The translations under genes and the position numbers were made by a program. From assembly GCF_009914755.1 (NCBI RefSeq), contig NC_060930.1: a stretch of DNA of 64,000 nt; one strand, given 5' to 3'. This stretch comes from the human T2T-CHM13v2.0 reference genome, Homo sapiens. The notes below the pieces were generated by a model. It was not told where the DNA came from. It was given only the letters and a program-made list of their open reading frames with translations, and ran no database searches. Shown here piece after piece: positions 56,731 through 64,000 of the stretch; the first letter of the stretch is position 1; each line of letters opens with the position of its first letter.

Positions 56731-58127
56731 ATGGTGTCTAGTGACCACAAAGTACTTGAAACACCAGGTCACTTTTTCCCTTGAATGTGCCAGTGAGTAA
56801 AGAATATGTGTGAAACTTTAGCTCACATTTGTGCTCCTACAAATATTTTGGAATTAATTCAATAACACTTGTATTTCTCTAGATGAGAAGGCACGAGTGT
56901 CTGCGTGTTTTGGACAGAAGGGTCAATTGAACTGGTTTAAGCCACAGAGGGCATCAGTGGCAGCACCAGATAAACAACATTTGTCCCCAGACTCCCTGCA
57001 CTCTACCACTGGGTCACAGCGACCCCACACCAGGGAGGGTCCAACAAGGACAAAGTAGCCCTTGTCTCCGGACAGCCCCAAACACCTTCTAATGGATGTA
57101 GTGGGTTTGATTTTTCCTGCCTCAGCCATGCTATAAGTTGTGATTCTGCCCTTTTCTCATCCTGAATCTGATGGGCTCAGGGATCCTGTAGGCTTTTACC
57201 CGACTTGGAAAATTCCCGCAGATGGGCTATAGTGATCCATGACTATACAATTCCAAGCCTCCACTAGGGACAACACAGAATCTACTACCCTTAAATGGCC
57301 CCTTAATGACTGTGTTTGTATTTTCTTTTTGCAGTCTCCTAACATGGGGATTTAATGCCTCTCACAAAGCAAACTCCTGATCGTATACTGTAAAGTCCAA
57401 AGACAGTAGCATAATTACTCTAAGGGGTAAAGATGCCAAAGGCCCTTAAGTTTGGCATTCCATGAGTATTCAGCTTCCTACAAAGTTCAGGATCCACAGT
57501 TGCAGGGAAAGGGTTTCCTAAAAGGTTCTCTAGGTATAGGTTGAGCTTCTTAGGAAACTAACTGGATAAAAAAATCTCTCCTGGAACTTGTCCTAAAGAA
57601 GGCAGAGTGAAAAATAGTGTAGGGTGTCTTCTAAGAAATCCATGACAAAGATAACACAAATGTCTAAAATTAAGAGAAACAAAAAAAAGTAATCCAACAG
57701 AATACAGAAAGATGAGAAACAAGTTTCAAAAACAATTGAGATGGAAAAACACCCAAACTTGGGTATATTCTAATGCTAGGGAAAAAGAAGAAGGAGTGGA
57801 ATGTTGGAGAAGCAGCAGGGAAAGCGGTATTGAAAGACTTGGTTATAAATTCATGTGCCCTGGGTAAATCATGCCGTTGAGTCAGTTTCTTCACTTAGAA
57901 AATAGTAAAAATAATTCCTACCCTACTGTCAGGTTATTGAAGAGCAACATATGATATCCTGTGTCCAAACTGAAAGGAAGACAAGAACCTAAAGTACAAA
58001 CTTGTGTTGATAACTATTTGGGATTAAAGAAATTGACCTCCCAAAGAAGGAATATGTGTGTTACTGAAAACCAGGATTTTCTTATAGATAGTAATGAAGA
58101 AAATCACCTTGGATAGTCCATAGCTAA

Positions 58128-58842
58128 TGTATGGGTTGGCTAAGGCTGCCATAACAAAATACTACTGGGTAGCTTAAACAATAGAAATTTATTTTCTCAC
58201 AGTTTTGGAGGCTGGAGGTCCAAGACTGAGGTACTGGTAAGGTTGATTTTTCCTGAGGTCTTGCTCCTTGGCTTGTAGATGGCCACGTTCTCACCTCATC
58301 CTCCCACATAGTTGTCCCTTAGTCTGTGGGTGTCTGTGCCTTAGTCTCCTTCTCTTTTTTTGTTGTTTTTGTTTTTGGTTTTGAGTCAGGATCTGTCTCT
58401 GTCACCCGGGTTTGGGTGCAGTGGTGTGATCTCAGCTCTCTGCAGCCTTGATCTCCTGGGCTCAAGTGAACCTCCCACCTCAGCCTTCTGTGTAGCTGGG
58501 ACCACAGGGGTATGACACCACCTTAGCTAATTTCTTTATTTTTTAATTTTTTGTAGTGACAGAGTCTCGCTACGTTATCCAGGCTGGTCTCATACTCCTG
58601 GGCTCAAGTGATCTCACTCCTTGGCCTCCCAAAATGCTGGGATGAGCCACTGTGCCTGGCCCTAATCTCTTCTATAAAGACACCAGTCATATTGGATTAT
58701 CCCTCACCCTTATGACCCCATTTAACCTTAATCATCTCTTTCAAGGCCCTTTCTCCAAATAGAGTCACATTCTGAGGTCACATACTAGGGGTCAGGGCCT
58801 CAACATATGAATTTAGGAGGGAGCACAATTTGGCCCCCAACA
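58128..58842. mobile_element. MLT1A/B-type solo LTR interrupted by an AluJ
   Basis: TG...CA ends, TSD gcta(a/t); aggctgccataacaaaatac...aatttattttctcacagttttggaggctgg. Confidence 0.92.
58350..58661 (-). mobile_element. Alu (AluJ)
   Basis: Diverged dimer inside MLT1. Confidence 0.93.
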
Positions 58843-59399
58843 GCTATCAAGTTAATGAAGAAAACTCATTAAAAATGCATTCTTCTTGTTTTAAGAATTG
58901 ATCAGATCCATTAGGGAACATGGTACAGCCTTAGAAGAAAATGGTATCACCAAACTGCTGTGAGGAGACTCCAGGAAAGGCAGCCTGGTAGACCTGGGCC
59001 AAGCTTCCAGAGAAGCTTGACTCTCTAGAGTATATTAATCTCAAGGGAAAGGGAGGACCTTGTTTTATTGACTTCCACCTGGGCATTCTGTCAAAGCACT
59101 GGTAGATTGTACCTAACAAGTTTTGCAGCTCTGTGGTGACAGCTGTTCTTGGAGAATGGATTTAACATAGTTTTGAATTAGATGTTCCTTTGAGGTCAAA
59201 AGGATTACGGCATGTCTCTGGATAATTTCCCACTTCCTTTCACTGTTTCATCACTTACAGGAAGATTGATCCTGTCATCCAGGTTCCTGCCATGTTCTGC
59301 AGAATCAAGCATGGCCTTCTCCATTTCTTCAGTCAGTCCCCAGCTCTCCCTGTCTCCATTCAGCATGAACAGTGATATTCAAGGATATGGTTACTTGAA

Positions 59400-59444
59400 A
59401 TACACACACCTCAGCACATGCATGCACACACACACACATACACA
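59400..59444 (+). repeat. (CA)n-rich microsatellite
   Basis: Direct observation. Confidence 0.8.
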
Positions 59445-60589
59445 TTGATTTATATATTTTTGAAACAGAATTGGTCAGTAGAGAGGAAGAGGATTTGCAA
59501 GGGGTATTTACAAGTCACTTCCTTTCTAAATGTTGGATCTCAGAATTCAGAGAAAGAGACAGGAAGTCCAGCTCATAGCTGAGGTATTCTCACAAATATG
59601 GGAAGTGCAGAGGAACTGACGCTTCTTCCAAATTAACAGACTTGAAAAGGCATGGACGAAAAAGTAATAACAAGAGTAGAGCAGGTGATTTGCAGGCGCC
59701 CACAGATGAGGGTGAGCCTGCTCACTGCTTCCTCTTCCCCTCCACAGCTGCACCGTTACCGGGACCATTTGCACACTTTGGTAAGGCATAGACCAGTTCC
59801 CTGGTAGCAGCCTGGATCCTCCATTCAAACAGGAAAATGCAACATAAAGGGGGAAATCATTCAGGCAAGACATGTACTTTGATTTTCTTTAAAAAAAAAA
59901 AACAAACCAACTGACGATGGTGAAAAAAATATATTAGGAGGAACAAAGGAGCACACATTTAGTAACTTGTAAAACACCCTGCCATGTCTTTCTTCATTAA
60001 AAATACAGTATGCCTCCAGTGCCCAAGAAGGATTTGTTCCCTGGACGTTATGATCCGGGCGTTTTGATTCCCACCTCCTGATTCTCACAAACAGGAACAT
60101 ACTCAATCATGAGTAGACAGACTTACCCTCTACCAGGCTCCATTTCAGAGGCAGAGAAGCAACAGATTAGTGTACAAAATTAGTTTGCCCAAGCTTCAAG
60201 CTATTTGGATGCAGTGAACTCGCCAAGTGTGAAGTGCTCTTGTTGTTATTAGAATGAGGCTGTTGAAAGACCCTGTGATGTAATTCAGAGTATGTTGGCA
60301 CCTGTATTATTTAGCTCTGATTTCAAGGTTCATAACTTGCCCAAAAAAGGGCCTGGAGGCTGAAAATGTTTAGGACAAACGTTCAGAAACAAGTCACCAG
60401 ACTTTAAGAAAACTAGTTAATATTGGCTCCCTTTGGCTTTAGTATAAATTACGAACTCTCTTTTTAATTTAAAGTTGGTTTGTTCATATGTAGAATTTCT
60501 CAAGTAAAAAAAAATGTGTTTTTATAAATATCATGTCTTTTTCAGTAAAGCAAAGCCAACTACCTTGTGAGTATTTTTGTTATTGTATT

Positions 60590-61100
60590 TAATCAGTAAG
60601 CATTTATTATCTACTGTTCTAAAGACAAGGTATTGTGCAAAGAGTTCCGCAGTATATGAGAAAAGGAATCAAAGCTACTCATACCTATTCAGGGAAATAA
60701 AACATGTACATAAAATTTTAACAAAATATAGAAAATGACAGCTTCCATGAGAACAGAAAAAAAAGATTATTGAGGATGATAAGAGGGAGATATTAATTCT
60801 GGCTAGAAAAGGCTTTAGAGATGTTTTTAACCTAAGAGTCTTGAGAGCTGAATAGGTATATTTTAATACAGGAGAATGGGGAACAGAAAGAGGGAGGCAG
60901 GAGACATTTTCAGCAAAGGAAGGAAAGTAAGTGGAATGCCAATTCACAGGGGAAGGCACGCCTGGAGTGTACATGAGGCATGGTGGCCAGGCCAGTTTTG
61001 TTGAACGAGAGGGTAGAGAGAAAGGGACCGATGGTAGATGCATTGAAAACAATTTGAATACCAAGCCCAGAAGTGACATGGTCAGAGTTTAATCTATGTG
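60590..61100 (-). mobile_element. L2 fragment
   Basis: cagtaagcatttattatctact...gtattgtgcaaag...ctaagagtcttgagagctgaatagg. Confidence 0.65.
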
Positions 61101-61336
61101 TTAGGTGGAGTGAATGGAAGTTGATGGGGGCACCATCAGTTACAAATGCAACTGCAGCAGTGGAGAACATAATGGTAATAAATAATAATGATAATAAATA
61201 ATAATAATAGCTCTCACTTGTTAATTGCCTAGCAGTTACTTCTTAGATTATGTCCTTTAATCTGCACAGCAAGCCTGCATGGTAGGTACAAATACAGCTG
61301 TTCCTCATTTTTCCAAGATCTGTTTAGGTACAAACA

Positions 61337-61662
61337 CAGTCTTTCCTTGATATCCATAGGGAACCACAGTGCAGGTTCCTGGACACCTCCACTCTGTCCC
61401 GCAGTCCCCCTACCCCCGCCATGCTCAAGTTCCTGATAGAAAATAGTGTCCGTAGTATTTGCATATAATCTATGTACATCCTCACACACAGTTTAAATCA
61501 TCTCTAGCTTACGTATAATACCTAATAGAATGTAAATGCTATGTAAATAGTTGTTATACTGTATTGTTTATTACATTTGTGTTATTTTTACTGCTGTATT
61601 GTGATTTTTTATTTTTTCCTCACATTTTGAACCCCCCCATGGATTGAACAGAGGGCTGGCTG
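61337..61662. mobile_element. MER2 (TcMar-Tigger MITE)
   Basis: gtagtatttgcatataatctatgtacatcctc...atacctaatagaatgtaaatgctatgtaaatagttgttatactgtattgttt. Confidence 0.92.
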
Positions 61663-61664
61663 TA

Positions 61665-62284
61665 CAGTCAATCCTCATTTTTCTTGGAGTCTGCTTTTGC
61701 AAAATTTGCCTACTCACTAGAATGTATTTGTAACCCCAAAAATCAGTCCTTGTGGCGTTTTCACAGCCATTCACAGACATGTGCAGAGCAGCGAAAATTT
61801 GAGCTGAGATGGAACAAAGTGAGGCTCTGCCTCCCTGTTTGAGCTCTCATCCTGTTGATGTGTCTTTTTCACAGTCTATTTTGTGCCATTTTTTTTTTTT
61901 TTTTTTGCATTTTGGTGCTTTTTGTTGGTGGTTTTGCTGTTTAGAATGGCCCCAAGCGTCATGCTGAAGTGCGATGCAGTGCTTCTAACTTCAGGGAAGC
62001 TGTGACGAGCTTTATGGAGAACATACAGTGAGCGTGGCTCAGGCATGAGTGATAGTGCTGTTGGCCGTGTGGCTTCAATGTTGATGAATCAACGGTATGT
62101 GTTAAATCCGGCATGGTTCAACAGAAACAAACAGAAAACCAAAGGTACGTACAGGTGGGCTGAAGAAAACGTGCTCACGGAGACGTCACCTTGCATTTCC
62201 TCCAGTAACAATGTTTCAGTATTCACTACTTCAGTGTTCACAGTGACTTTATGAGACAAAACTGCCATAAATAGTGAGACTCTG
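61665..62284. mobile_element. TcMar-Tigger non-autonomous element (Tigger6-like)
   Basis: Begins cagtcaatcctcatt after a TA; aatttgcctactcactagaatgtatttgtaacccc; ends ...aaatagtgagactctg. Confidence 0.75.
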
Positions 62285-62659
62285 TTAGTTATTTCCTTCC
62301 CACAGAAAAGTAAACTGAGGCTTGGAGAAATAAGAAACTTGTCGGAAGCTGCACAGCTAGCATGAACTCAGACTGGAATGTCATAAATGGCACACATTTC
62401 TAAAGACATTAAAGGGCCCGGACATGGCGGTGGCAAGGAATGGAAGAGAGGAGGCAAAGTATAAATGATTGAGGGAGTAGAATCAATAGGCTTTGACCAC
62501 TGACTGCACAAGTGGAGGGCTACGAGGAGGAAGGGGTGCAGGAGGACCCTGAAGTCAGGTGAAGGTGATGGAAGGTTGAGTCTGGAGGGCCTGAGAGTCA
62601 AGGTTGCAGGGAGGGTAGGAAGCAGCTCCAGCAGCAAGTAAGGACTCAGGCTGGGGGCA

Positions 62660-62880
62660 GACGGGCCAGCTGTTACTTCCTGAGCACTCACTGTGTTCTA
62701 AATGCTGCTGAGAGACTCTTGCTAAATGATGTCATTGAATCCTCACGACCCTATAAGAGAGAAAGAGGGACTATTATACCCATGTTACAGATGAGGACAG
62801 TGAGGCTCAAAGAAGTAAAGTAACTTGTCCCTGGACATCCTGCTGATAAAGCACAGAACAGGGAATGCAAACCCAGGCAA
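62660..62880 (-). mobile_element. MIR
   Basis: cccatgttacagatgaggacagtgaggctcaaagaagtaaagtaacttgtcc. Confidence 0.88.
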
Positions 62881-64000
62881 GGGGACCCTGGCTGGTTGTG
62901 ATCACAGTGAGACATTTTGGAGTTTCAGATCTTGGAGGAAGAGAAGCACTAATGTTAATGATACCTGACCTTGTTCTCTAGTTTCTTGTTTTTATTTTTA
63001 CTTTTTCCAACATTCTCCTTACACCACATATTTTTCTACCTTCATGTTTTTGTTCAAATTCTTTTCTCCCACAGGAAGGTTGTTCTTCTCTTCTGGCCTT
63101 TAGGTTTTCTTGTTTTGTTTTGTTGATATTGCAAAAGGGTGGTTAAAATGATTTGGTAGCTGAAAAAATTGGACATTTTATTTGTGTTATGTTATATTGT
63201 GCTGTTTAGTAAAAATATGTGAAATTTCAGTGTTTCCTAGAATATAATATATATTACTGAGAAGTGACTCTTGCATTTCACATTAATGGAGCTACAGGTG
63301 ACTTACAGATGCGCTCGTGAACAGAGGAGAAGCATGCTTATGCTATTTTTCCACTAGATTTGGATAAGCTGGAATAAAAAGATATGGTCCTCATTTTACA
63401 TTTCATCTCTGATATGAATTATCTCTGAACCTTTTTAAAGACCTGAAGTCTCTCTTTATGTTTCCCAAATTTGTATTGCTGAGAATTATTTGCCCATGTT
63501 CCTGAGATATTACAAAATTAAAAAATCCTCAATACTTAAGTATTAAGGGCTGTTCCCACAGCCCTTTTAGTACTGTTCTTATGGATAAAAGTGTTTCCAA
63601 ATACAGCAAATGTTTCATCTTCATATATTAAAAAATGTGGACAATACATAAAACTCTTATCAGAATATTGGGCTCCTTCCTTGTTTCTCAAATGGCCCTC
63701 CAAGATGTCCAAGGAGGTGAGCATTCTTTCTGACCACATGGAAGGTGCTCTCTCCAGAGCTGTGGCACTCCATTAAAACAACTCTGCCCACAGAGTTCAA
63801 ATGCTGAGGGTTGCAAGAAGAAAAGTAAGCTTGAATCTTTGTAGGTAAGTAGAAAAGAGTTCTCCTACAAGGGAGTCTCTATTCTTTGAAATAACCCAAA
63901 TCTGAAACCCTTCATTTATAAATTAAAGAAGAAACCTGCTGAACTACACTGAAACCAGGGAGAGAGAGAAAAGCAATGTTGCTGGCAACTGTGCTATATA

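Overview
Primate (most likely human) genomic DNA with no recognisable protein-coding exon, RNA gene or CRISPR array. The window is dominated by interspersed repeats: about 25 Alu/FLAM copies (most with visible target-site duplications), L1, L2 and L3 fragments, MIRs, MaLR/ERVL solo LTRs, hAT and Tigger DNA transposons, and a ~470 bp GGAA/GGAG purine tract. Most ORFs in the supplied track fall in repeats or low-complexity sequence, and none of the rest resembles a protein I recognise. The clearest non-repeat signal is a CpG-enriched, motif-dense promoter-like region at ~53.2-54.5 kb, with two plausible non-coding + strand exons (a lncRNA or 5'UTR; gene not identified). The most unusual observation is an ancient duplicated ~0.5-0.6 kb element that matches no repeat I recognise, present at ~37.1-37.6 kb and ~52.7-53.3 kb in the same orientation. 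Its ungapped blocks are ~72-82% identical, both copies share a minus-strand splice acceptor and one largely open frame, and each sits next to a regulatory-looking segment. It may be the relic of a lost tandem gene pair or a duplicated regulatory module. Several repeat-free blocks carry HOX/PBX/MEIS, SOX/POU, ETS/E-box or CTCF motifs. Repeat subfamily names are from recall of consensus sequences, and boundaries of old repeats are approximate.
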